Part shown: in pieces, positions 9,672 to 18,366 of the stretch
How the letters are laid out: the number at the start of each line of letters is the position of its first letter
Numbering within the stretch: position 1 is the first letter of the stretch
Assembly: GCA_021799595.1 (NCBI GenBank)
Contig: JAJZAF010000001.1
Location: 20,328 to 84,327 of the forward strand
Origin: a bacterium
GTDB lineage: Bacteria > Patescibacteriota > Saccharimonadia > Saccharimonadales > UBA4665
DNA length: 64,000 nucleotides
Direction of reading: 5' to 3'
The notes under the pieces: generated by a model
The model's input: only the letters and a program-made list of their open reading frames with translations
The model's database searches: none
What the model was told of the DNA's origin: nothing
Made by a program: the position numbers and the translations under genes

Positions 9672-10831
9672 CAAAAACCACCGCTTCTTCGATTTATAGC
9701 AAGGATCTTCATGCTGGAGTTGAAAGTTTATTTTCGAGTATTGGCGAAGGTGTCATCACGACTGATGAATTTGGCAAGATTACTAGGGTTAATCCTGCAG
9801 CTGAAAGTATTCTCGGCTACAGCGAGCGTGATTTAGTGGGAGAATGGCTCCCAAAGAAAATAGTGGCTCTTTCATTAAACGGTGACAAGATGAAATTCAT
9901 TGATCTACCAATTACTCGGATTTTTCTAACCGGCAAAGCCGTCTCTGAGAAGATGTATTATGTCAGAAAGAATGGTGACAGGATACCAGTCGCTATTAAT
10001 GCGTCACCAATTATGCAGGCAGGTAAACCGATCGGCGCAGTAGAAGTATTCCGCGACATTACCTTTGAACAAGAAGTTGATCTCATGAAGAGTGAGTTTA
10101 TCTCTTTGGCTTCTCACCAACTGCGAACTCCTTTGTCTGCTATCAAGACATACGCCCATATGATGGCTGAAGGATATATGGGGGAACTCAATGATGACCA
10201 AAAACAATCACTTAAGACCATTATTGGAGCCTCAAACCGTATGAACGAGCTGATCAGTACACTACTCAACGTCACGCGCATAGAGAGTGGCAGTATCGCT
10301 ATCATGCCAAAGACTGTGCATATCGATAGCGTCGTTCGAGAAGTGCTGCCAGAACTGCTACTCATGGCTGAAGTCAAACACATCATAGTCGATTTGAAAA
10401 CCCGTGAATCACCTCAAAACAAGATTAAAACTGATCCGCTTATTGTTAAAGAGGTTATTACAAACTTGGTTAGTAACGCTATAAAGTACACACAGAACGG
10501 CGGTGAAGTCAAAATTATTGTCAAGCCACGAAAGCGAGACATCCTCATCGAAGTCCACGATAGCGGTTGGGGCATACCGTCCCATGCGCAAGATCAAATA
10601 TTCAGTAAATTCTTCCGAGGGCAGAATATTATAAAGCGTGAGACCACTGGTATAGGCCTCGGCCTATACCTCGTGAAGGGCCTGATCGACATCCTCGGCG
10701 GTAAAATTTGGTTTACCTCGAAAGAGAGAATCGGTACCAGCTTCTTCTTTACATTACCGAAAGGTAAACGTTTTCAGTCACTGCCACATTTCAAGAAAAT
10801 CGAAGAGAGTGAAAAATATAATAGTAACTAG
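9668..10831 (+). CDS. cytoplasmic PAS-domain sensor histidine kinase
   Basis: PAS segment ITTDEFGKITRVNPAAESILGYSERDLVG, H-box SLASHQLRTPLSAI, N-box NLVSNAIKYT, G-boxes HDSGWGIP and GIGLGLYLV. No TM helix. Confidence 0.85.
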   Translation: MTKTTASSIYSKDLHAGVESLFSSIGEGVITTDEFGKITRVNPAAESILGYSERDLVGEWLPKKIVALSLNGDKMKFIDLPITRIFLTGKAVSEKMYYVRKNGDRIPVAINASPIMQAGKPIGAVEVFRDITFEQEVDLMKSEFISLASHQLRTPLSAIKTYAHMMAEGYMGELNDDQKQSLKTIIGASNRMNELISTLLNVTRIESGSIAIMPKTVHIDSVVREVLPELLLMAEVKHIIVDLKTRESPQNKIKTDPLIVKEVITNLVSNAIKYTQNGGEVKIIVKPRKRDILIEVHDSGWGIPSHAQDQIFSKFFRGQNIIKRETTGIGLGLYLVKGLIDILGGKIWFTSKERIGTSFFFTLPKGKRFQSLPHFKKIEESEKYNSN

Positions 10832-10915
10832 TCTCAGCATGTATGATATAAGTTAAGTATGCTTCTTGTGAGATTAGATAAAATTCATGTAGCAGTAGGA
10901 AGGTAAGAATATCAG

Positions 10916-11311
10916 ATGGCACGCATACTAGTCGTTGAAGATGATCACGATCTGAATAACGCCTATGGCATCATTTTGAAGCATGAAGGGCACGAGGTAG
11001 TGTCTGCCTACGACGGAAAAGAGGCCCTGACTAAGCTCAAGGATTTCACACCGAACTTGGTACTACTAGATTTACTGATGCCTATTATGGGGGGTCTAGA
11101 ATTTCTAAGACAGTGGTGCAAACAAGGTTCAGCCAAACAGGCTAAAATCTTGATCTTTACGAACATAGAGAATTCTCCTGAGGTATCAGAAGCATACAAG
11201 CTTGGTGCTGAACGCTGCATTGTGAAATCTTGGACCGCTCCACACAATCTGTCGCGCGTGGTCAAGGACAGCTTAGCTACTGAGTCTAAAACGCCTACAA
11301 CGTCGAACTAG
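10916..11311 (+). CDS. single-domain response regulator (receiver only)
   Basis: ILVVEDD, phospho-acceptor context VLLDLLMP, conserved K in CIVKSW. There is no output domain. Confidence 0.8.
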   Translation: MARILVVEDDHDLNNAYGIILKHEGHEVVSAYDGKEALTKLKDFTPNLVLLDLLMPIMGGLEFLRQWCKQGSAKQAKILIFTNIENSPEVSEAYKLGAERCIVKSWTAPHNLSRVVKDSLATESKTPTTSN

Positions 11312-11999
11312 CTGCTTCAACGTCAATCATAAACTGGTCATTCAGTCTTTTCGTCAGCTGACGTTTATTTAATTGATACGGTGTCTGTTTATTGTAATTA
11401 ATAATGCCGTGCTTCTTAAGCTTGTTGAGCTCTGTGGCCGCCGTCTCACGTGTCAAACCGGTCAAGTTAGCAAAATCTTGATGCGTCAAATCTAGCGTAA
11501 TCTCGGTAACGTCTTTATCACCGTCTACCGGTCGTCCATAGGTCGTGGCAAGATAGTGAAGCACGTAGATCAGCTTATCGCTAGCCCGTGAATGTTGCAA
11601 GGCGTTGAGACGCAGTGTTGCACCAATTTGGTCCGCTAAGATGTGCTGTAGCTCCTGGAAGAGCAGTTCTGGTCGTTTCTTAATGAAAGTCACAAAGGCA
11701 CTCCGTTCAATACAATATACTTCGACTTTTGGAGAAAACGCTTCATAGTAATACAGAGCGCTCGCTACCCTACCGTACACCCAAGAAGTTGGAAACGTGC
11801 TGTCCGAACCATAGAAGCCAACTGGTTTTTCGTCACCGTTAACACTGAGATTGTAGGCTTTAACAACTCCGGTTTTCACGACATAGACTGAACGAGGCAC
11901 TTCTCCTTGGAAGATAATGACCTCTCCCTTTTTATACTCCTTGGTCTGGTGACGGTCTAAAAAGACATGCAGATAGTTAATTGCAACTTGGTCCTTCAT
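11295..11999 (-). CDS. Crp/Fnr family transcriptional regulator
   Basis: cNMP-binding beta-roll GEVIIFQGEVPRSVYVVKTGVVKAY. C-terminal HTH THQDFANLTGLTRETAATELNKL. There is no N-terminal Cys cluster, so it is Crp-like rather than Fnr-like. Confidence 0.8.
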   Translation of the reverse strand: MKDQVAINYLHVFLDRHQTKEYKKGEVIIFQGEVPRSVYVVKTGVVKAYNLSVNGDEKPVGFYGSDSTFPTSWVYGRVASALYYYEAFSPKVEVYCIERSAFVTFIKKRPELLFQELQHILADQIGATLRLNALQHSRASDKLIYVLHYLATTYGRPVDGDKDVTEITLDLTHQDFANLTGLTRETAATELNKLKKHGIINYNKQTPYQLNKRQLTKRLNDQFMIDVEAASSTL

Positions 12000-12167
12000 A
12001 TAGCGAGCATATCACTCCTCAGCACTTAAGGCTACCATATGAATAGAGCCCTATTTATAATATTGAATACTTAAAGGTATTCCTCAGCTAAAAACGTTGT
12101 AATCCGTTTACTATTTAAGTATTGCCGTCATTAAACTAATTGAATGAGAGATATCTAACACGAAACA

Positions 12168-13526
12168 ATGAATGTCATCAGCCGCGGTATTAGAAATGCT
12201 TTTCGTAACGTCATACGTACCTTTTCTCTCGTCGTTATTTTAGGCTTGAGCATCGGTCTTAGTTTGACTATGCTGATTGCCCATCAAGCGGTTGGAGATA
12301 AAATTAGTTCTGTTAAATCTTCAGTCGGCAACACCGTCAGTATTTCGCCGGCGGGAGTAAGAGGGTTTATCGGAGGCGGCAATCCACTCACTGAAGCTAA
12401 TCTTCAAGCCGTCCAGAACTTGCCTCACGTGACTTCAACTGTTGCTGCCCTGTCTGATCGCTTGACTTCCAGTAATACTAATCTTCAGCCCGCTATTAAG
12501 GCCGGCTCGCTTGGAAAGCGCTTCAGTCAAAATAGTGGTATAACCTTTCGTATTGCCTCAGGATCTGGATTTGGAGGCCAGGTTAACGGCTTAACGCCTG
12601 GCGTCAGTTTTAACTTTACCCCTCCCATTACCATTACTGGGACGAATGACCCGACGAATTTATCTGATAACAGCACCCAAGGCGGAGGAACATTTAGTCT
12701 AAAGTCTGGTACGACTTTTGCGAGTGATAGCACAGCTAATGTCGCACTTATTGGAAAGTCACTAGCAGCCAAAAATAACCTTAAAGTCGGCTCTACGTTT
12801 ACTGCATATGGTACATCTTTAACAGTGATTGGTATTTTTGATGCCGGCAACAGTTTTTCGAACAATCAGGTAATCGTGCCGCTTGCTACTGAGCAACGTT
12901 TAAGTGACCAAAGCGGTGACCTAACCAGCATTACACTTAATGTTGACTCTATTACAAACGTTAACTCTGTTACCAGTGCCGCCCAGAAAAAACTTGGTAG
13001 TGCAGCCGATGTCATAAATGCTTCCCAACAGGCACAGAATACAATCTCACCACTACAAAATATCCAAAGCATTTCGCTTTATAGCTTAATCGGGGCAGTC
13101 ATTGCCGGTTCTGTCATCATTCTTCTGACGATGGTCATGATTGTGCGAGAACGTCGTCGGGAGATTGGCGTCATAAAAGCTATCGGTGGCAGCAATATTC
13201 GCGTCATGGGTCAGTTCATGGTTGAAGCGGTTACACTGACGGTGCTCGCTGCAATCCTTGGTATCATTTTAGGAATTATTGCCGGCAACCCGATTACCCG
13301 CCTGCTCGTGACAAATACTTCTCGCAACGCCACCGTAGGTGCACGTGGGGGAGGATTCGGCTTTCGCCTTATTGGTAATAACTTTCGGGCCATACACGCC
13401 GCTATCGGCTGGAGCATTATTATTGACGGCCTGATAGCTGCCCTAATCATCGCCGTCATTGGCAGCAGCTTAGCTTCATTCTTTATTGCTCGAGTTCGAC
13501 CAGCCGAAGTTATGAGGGTTGAATAG
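12168..13526 (+). CDS. FtsX/MacB-type ABC transporter permease with a large extracytoplasmic domain
   Basis: N-terminal TM, then about 270 aa of exposed domain, then a C-terminal FtsX module (VRERRREIGVIKAIGGS plus 3 TM helices). Confidence 0.8.
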   Translation: MNVISRGIRNAFRNVIRTFSLVVILGLSIGLSLTMLIAHQAVGDKISSVKSSVGNTVSISPAGVRGFIGGGNPLTEANLQAVQNLPHVTSTVAALSDRLTSSNTNLQPAIKAGSLGKRFSQNSGITFRIASGSGFGGQVNGLTPGVSFNFTPPITITGTNDPTNLSDNSTQGGGTFSLKSGTTFASDSTANVALIGKSLAAKNNLKVGSTFTAYGTSLTVIGIFDAGNSFSNNQVIVPLATEQRLSDQSGDLTSITLNVDSITNVNSVTSAAQKKLGSAADVINASQQAQNTISPLQNIQSISLYSLIGAVIAGSVIILLTMVMIVRERRREIGVIKAIGGSNIRVMGQFMVEAVTLTVLAAILGIILGIIAGNPITRLLVTNTSRNATVGARGGGFGFRLIGNNFRAIHAAIGWSIIIDGLIAALIIAVIGSSLASFFIARVRPAEVMRVE

Positions 13527-13545
13527 TGGAAAGAGGTATGCAGTT

Positions 13546-14220
13546 ATGCTAGAAGTAAAACATGTCTCACGCATCTTTAAAAGCGGCGATTTTAAAGTAG
13601 CAGCCGTGAATGACGTTACGTTTAAAGTACCAGACGGTCAGTTTGTGTCAATCGTCGGTCGGAGTGGCAGCGGCAAAACAACTCTGTTAAGTTTGCTCGG
13701 TGCATTGGATAAGCCAAATGAAGGCAGTATTACTATAGACAATGAAGATATTGCCCGCCTTAACGATCATAATCTCATTAAATATCGCTGCCAGAAAATC
13801 GGCTTTGTTTTTCAAAGTTATAACCTTGTCCCAAATTTAACAGCTATTGAAAACGTTACGCTGCCAATGGAATTTGCAGGTCTACCAGCTAACGTCCGGA
13901 AGGCTCGTGCTAAAGAACTACTCACTCAGGTAGGTCTTCAGTTACATGAAATGGAGCGTAAGCCAGGACGCCTCAGCGGCGGACAGCAGCAACGTGTTGC
14001 TATCGCCCGGGCACTCGCTAATAAGCCGAAATTGATTTTAGCAGACGAACCAACGGGCAACTTAGACAGTGAAACCGGCAAGGTTATCTTTGACCTACTC
14101 CATGATCTTGCCAAAACCGAACATACTACCATCATTGTGGTAACGCATGATGTGGAAATTGCAGGCAAGACAGATAGGCAGTTTCGCTTAAAGGATGGGA
14201 AGCTAGAGGGGAAGGAATAA
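13546..14220 (+). CDS. ABC transporter ATP-binding protein (MacB/LolD type)
   Basis: GRSGSGKTT, LSGGQQQRVAIARAL, ILADEPTGNLD. The ORF opens at TTG 13519, but ATG 13546 with GGAAAGAGG upstream is the likelier start. Confidence 0.85.
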   Translation: MLEVKHVSRIFKSGDFKVAAVNDVTFKVPDGQFVSIVGRSGSGKTTLLSLLGALDKPNEGSITIDNEDIARLNDHNLIKYRCQKIGFVFQSYNLVPNLTAIENVTLPMEFAGLPANVRKARAKELLTQVGLQLHEMERKPGRLSGGQQQRVAIARALANKPKLILADEPTGNLDSETGKVIFDLLHDLAKTEHTTIIVVTHDVEIAGKTDRQFRLKDGKLEGKE

Positions 14221-14222
14221 AT

Positions 14223-14789
14223 ATGACCGAGCAATATATCAGTGGCGAAGAGTTTCAGGCCATGAGCAATCGTCCCAAAAAACAGGGACATCAGGTAACA
14301 TTGTCTACCAACAGTGTCGTGATCGTTATCGTTATCGTTATACTTTGCATTATTAGCTTCTTTATTGGTGATAGTTACGGTCGGGACCATGCTAAAAATT
14401 TATCAAGCTCAAACGCCCGGGCATTTGGTTTAGGTAGCGGTTTTCGTAATCGCGGTGGCTTTGGTCAAGTGACAGCTGTTAGTGCCACAAACATTAGCAT
14501 ACAAAATACGCGAACCGGTATAACCACGACATATACCATTACGCCTTCCACCACCATTACAGATAATGGGCAAACGATTTCAGCGAGCGGCATTAAGACC
14601 GGTGATACTGTTCTTGTTCGTGTTGCCAGCAGGGGCAGTAAGACGGCTACGGCCATCATGGTTAATCCCAGCTTCGGTGGTGGCCCTTATGGTGGCGGTG
14701 GAGGTACACTTCAAGGAAGCAATACGACAGGAGGCGGGAGTGCTACGACAGGCAGCAACACTACTGGTAGCAATACCATTAGTCAGTAA
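14223..14789 (+). CDS. membrane-anchored hypothetical protein with a Gly/Thr-rich tail
   Basis: One TM helix (VVIVIVIVILCIISFFIG), a beta-rich segment GQVTAVSATNISIQNTRTGITTTYTITPSTTITDNGQ, and a G/T/N-rich C-terminus. It starts 2 nt after the ATPase stop. Confidence 0.5.
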   Translation: MTEQYISGEEFQAMSNRPKKQGHQVTLSTNSVVIVIVIVILCIISFFIGDSYGRDHAKNLSSSNARAFGLGSGFRNRGGFGQVTAVSATNISIQNTRTGITTTYTITPSTTITDNGQTISASGIKTGDTVLVRVASRGSKTATAIMVNPSFGGGPYGGGGGTLQGSNTTGGGSATTGSNTTGSNTISQ

Positions 14790-14838
14790 CCCTCTCTACA
14801 GCTAATTTAAAGCATTAAAAAGGTATAATATTAAGCGT

Positions 14839-15519
14839 ATGCGAATACTGGTCGTTGAAGATGAAGTAAAGATTGCGCAAGCTGTTAAACGAGGTCTTGA
14901 GCTGAAAGGCTTTGCTGTCGATGCCGTGCACGACAGCGATACTGGCTTTTCCCATGCGGTTGACCCAGATTACGATGCTATTGTGCTCGACAGAATGCTG
15001 CCTGGCAGCATGGACGGCGTACAGCTTTGCCAAAAACTGCGCAATGAAAAAACAAGCACCCCTATTTTAATGCTGACAGCACGCGGTACCATTGGCGATC
15101 GGGTTGAAGGATTAAACAGTGGTGCCGATGATTACCTAATCAAACCGTTTTCATTTGATGAGTTAACAGCTCGAGTGAGAGCCTTGTTACGACGCCCACC
15201 GGTTCAAGTCGGTACAGCTCTGAAGGTCGCCGACCTAACGCTAGACACCAGCAGGTATGAGGTCAGCCGGTCAAATAAGCCAATTAAGCTATCGCATAAG
15301 GAATTCAATCTGTTGGAATACTTAATGCATCATCCAAACCAGGTTATAACGAAAGATATGATAATTAACCATGTCTGGGATCAGGATGCAGATATTTTAC
15401 CAAATACGATTGAGGTATACATTGGCTATTTGCGCAATAAGATCGACCGGCCATTTCCGAAATCCAAGCCGCTCTTACACACCATCCGGGGTTTCGGCTA
15501 CAAGTTAAGCGCTGATTAG
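14839..15519 (+). CDS. OmpR-family response regulator
   Basis: Receiver (MRILVVEDE, IVLDRMLPG) plus a winged-helix output domain (LSHKEFNLLEYLMHH, TIRGFGYKL). Confidence 0.9.
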   Translation: MRILVVEDEVKIAQAVKRGLELKGFAVDAVHDSDTGFSHAVDPDYDAIVLDRMLPGSMDGVQLCQKLRNEKTSTPILMLTARGTIGDRVEGLNSGADDYLIKPFSFDELTARVRALLRRPPVQVGTALKVADLTLDTSRYEVSRSNKPIKLSHKEFNLLEYLMHHPNQVITKDMIINHVWDQDADILPNTIEVYIGYLRNKIDRPFPKSKPLLHTIRGFGYKLSAD

Positions 15520-15527
15520 AAAAAACC

Positions 15528-16538
15528 ATGTTTCGTTCCGCTACTTTTAAACTTACCATGTGGTATCTGGCAATCGCAATGACGATTAGTATTGTCTTTA
15601 GTTTCGCAATCTATAACGTAGCGACGAGAGATATAGACCGTGGCCTTAACCGGGAACAACAACGTGTCGAACTAGAATTTCCGAATTACATCGGCTATCC
15701 GTCTTTAAGACAACTCGGTAATAATACTGCCGGTAATGAGCGCCATGACGTACTCTTGCGCCTCGTTGCCTTGAACCTCTTTGTTCTTGTAGCTGCTGGG
15801 TTTGTGAGCTACTGGCTTGCTCGACGCACACTCGAACCAATTGAAGCAGCTCACGAACAGCAGAAGCGCTTTACGGCCAACGTTTCTCATGAACTCCGGA
15901 CGCCGCTGACAGCACTGCGCATGGAAAGCGAAGTGGCTTTACTAAACAGCAAAGCCACTGCCAAAGAACTCAGAGAAACTCTTACCAGCAATCTAGAAGA
16001 AGTCACTAAGCTGGACTTGCTCATCAACAACCTTCTCCGTTTGTCTCAATTGGAAGCTGATGAACTACAGCAACAATTTCAGGCAGTTAATGGTAAAGTA
16101 GTTGCCGAAACAGCAGTTAAGCGAATAGAGAAACTGGCTGCTGGAAGACATATTTCTATTGATAAAAAAATAGAAAACTGTACAGTCTTTGGCGACGAAG
16201 AAAGTCTCGTACAGCTGATCGTCATTCTTTTAGATAACGCTATTAAGTATAGTCCGGCTGGGAAAACCATTTTTCTGGAAACATCGCGACGTGGCGACGA
16301 TGTTGTTTGGCAAATACGTGACGAGGGCAACGGCATACCGCCGGCTGATCTGGCTAATGTTTTTGATCGTTTCTACCGAGCTGATCATTCGCGGGAAAAA
16401 ACCAGCAGTGGCGGCTACGGCTTAGGCTTAAGTATTGCTAAAATGATTGCTGACGTACATAACGGTACCATTACGCTCAAAAGTCAGGTTGGCCGTGGGA
16501 CCACAGCTTTGGTACTCATACCGAAAGCCGACTCATAA
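15528..16538 (+). CDS. membrane sensor histidine kinase
   Basis: Two TM helices, H-box FTANVSHELRTPLTAL, LLDNAIKYS, RDEGNGIP, GYGLGLSIA. Confidence 0.9.
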   Translation: MFRSATFKLTMWYLAIAMTISIVFSFAIYNVATRDIDRGLNREQQRVELEFPNYIGYPSLRQLGNNTAGNERHDVLLRLVALNLFVLVAAGFVSYWLARRTLEPIEAAHEQQKRFTANVSHELRTPLTALRMESEVALLNSKATAKELRETLTSNLEEVTKLDLLINNLLRLSQLEADELQQQFQAVNGKVVAETAVKRIEKLAAGRHISIDKKIENCTVFGDEESLVQLIVILLDNAIKYSPAGKTIFLETSRRGDDVVWQIRDEGNGIPPADLANVFDRFYRADHSREKTSSGGYGLGLSIAKMIADVHNGTITLKSQVGRGTTALVLIPKADS

Positions 16539-17394
16539 ATACAAAACTGCTGACACAAATCGCCAAGGACACTAGGAGAAGCATCAACAGTGACAGACCG
16601 AACATACGTCGTGCCCAAAACGAGTAACTGGGGCGCGGCGGCCGTAAACCAGTCTGAAGCCAATATAGTGTCAGTAACACTATAACAACTGCATAGACGA
16701 CGTTTAATTTTGCTGTTATGGCAATCAGGAAAGCAAAGACTCCAAAGCCACAAATATATACCAGCATCTGTTGTTTAGTAACTCTATATCCGCGGATGAT
16801 TGGCAATACTGGTAGACGAGCTGCTCGGTAATCTTTCTCTCGGTAAATGGCAATGGCATAAAAATGCGGCATTTGCCAGCAAACAAGCATGAAAAACAAG
16901 CACAGGCAGGTGAGTGTCACATGGTCAGTCACAGCCGTATAGCCGGCTACTGGCGGCATAGCCCCGCTAATAGAGCCAACCAGCGTTCCGTGGACGCTAT
17001 GACGTTTGGCAAATCCATAGACAGCGACATAACCAACTATTCCAATAATACCCGTGATAACAGTCAACAGATTTGTAAATAATACCAGCACAAGAAAGCC
17101 TAAAATCCCTAAGATGGTAGCGTAGATTATGACGGCTTTGATAGATATCCTGCCAGTAGCGGTGGCACGTTGTTTGGTTCTGGTCATCAAGCGATCAATG
17201 CCACGATCCAGGTAGTTATTATAGGCACAAGCCGCTCCAATAACGAGGGCTATACCAACAAGAGTCTCAATAAACGTCAACCAATGGACATGCCCTTTAG
17301 AGGCCAACAGGAAACCAGCCACTGCCGGGATAAGGTTACCGTAGACTATACCAGGCTTCGCCAGCCGGTAGTACTCTCGTATCTGCGTCATCAA
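16516..17394 (-). CDS. cyoE: heme O synthase (protoheme IX farnesyltransferase)
   Basis: UbiA-family polytopic protein with NNYLDRGIDRLMTRTKQRATATG. It is the last gene of the cyo operon. Confidence 0.85.
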   Translation of the reverse strand: MMTQIREYYRLAKPGIVYGNLIPAVAGFLLASKGHVHWLTFIETLVGIALVIGAACAYNNYLDRGIDRLMTRTKQRATATGRISIKAVIIYATILGILGFLVLVLFTNLLTVITGIIGIVGYVAVYGFAKRHSVHGTLVGSISGAMPPVAGYTAVTDHVTLTCLCLFFMLVCWQMPHFYAIAIYREKDYRAARLPVLPIIRGYRVTKQQMLVYICGFGVFAFLIAITAKLNVVYAVVIVLLTLYWLQTGLRPPRPSYSFWARRMFGLSLLMLLLVSLAICVSSFVFMSRLSV

Positions 17395-17401
17395 ATCAAT
17401 T

Positions 17402-17782
17402 CTACAATCCTTGCTGTTGATTCATGTAGTTCTCCATCTGAGGAATAGTCATTCTATATCTCAATGTCGTCATGATCCACAGCGAGCCAATAACTAAGAT
17501 AAGTACGATTGCTACCATGCCAAAGAAAACGATTAAGCGCCAGCGCGGTTTGCGCTCCCTGCCTAAGTGGAGAAAAAAGAAGATTTGAACCATAAATTGG
17601 GCAAGTGCCAAGAGAATGATGAGAATAAGCAGGGGTGTCTTTTGAAGTAAGTGATTACGCACCAGCAACCAGGCTGTGATCGTTAAGTAAATAGAAAAGA
17701 TATACCCGGTTACGTATGAAGCTAGTGTTCCTCGAGTTGAACTGTCATGATGCCCAACGATAGCGCGCCTATGCTCACTCAT
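17402..17782 (-). CDS. cyoD: cytochrome bo3 quinol oxidase subunit IV
   Basis: 126 aa with 3 TM helices. ATG 17782 overlaps the cyoC TGA (ATGA). The ORF-track start at 17851 would overlap cyoC by 73 nt and is unlikely. Confidence 0.7.
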   Translation of the reverse strand: MSEHRRAIVGHHDSSTRGTLASYVTGYIFSIYLTITAWLLVRNHLLQKTPLLILIILLALAQFMVQIFFFLHLGRERKPRWRLIVFFGMVAIVLILVIGSLWIMTTLRYRMTIPQMENYMNQQQGL

Positions 17783-18366
17783 GGTGCAATTGCTCCTCTC
17801 AAATATACAATGGTGAAAATGAAGATCCAGATAATATCCAAGAAGTGCCAAAACATTGATAACATGGTTAGGCGACGAATAGTAATTCGACCCAGTCCCT
17901 TATGTATCACTTCAAAGAGCATAATGAGCATCCAGCTCAAACCTACAGTAATGTGCAGTCCGTGCGTGCCAACAAGCGTGAAAAAGGCAGACAGAAAACC
18001 GCTGCGTCGCCAGCTATCACCCATCTGAACAAAATGTCGAAATTCGGTTGCTTCGAGCGTTAGGAACGTCACCCCAAGCAGGAAGGTAATAACAAACCAT
18101 AATATGGTCTGACGTCGATCCCCACGGTGAGCCGCCAACATGGCTAAGCCGCAAGTAAAGCTGCTCGTTAAGAGCACCAGGGTTTCTGCCAGAACACTTT
18201 TAAGATTAAATAGCTGATAACCGTCCGGTCCACCGTTTGTGTTCTGGTACAGCACTGCATAGGTAGCAAACAGACTGGCAAAGAGAACGCAGTCCGTCAT
18301 AATATAAATCCAGAAGCCGAGGAGTGGTTTACTGTCATCGGTCCGAACAATAGCCGTCATGCTCAT
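17779..18366 (-). CDS. cyoC: cytochrome bo3 quinol oxidase subunit III
   Basis: GTHGLHITVG and FWHFLDIIWIFIFT are subunit III signatures. Confidence 0.85.
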   Translation of the reverse strand: MSMTAIVRTDDSKPLLGFWIYIMTDCVLFASLFATYAVLYQNTNGGPDGYQLFNLKSVLAETLVLLTSSFTCGLAMLAAHRGDRRQTILWFVITFLLGVTFLTLEATEFRHFVQMGDSWRRSGFLSAFFTLVGTHGLHITVGLSWMLIMLFEVIHKGLGRITIRRLTMLSMFWHFLDIIWIFIFTIVYLRGAIAP

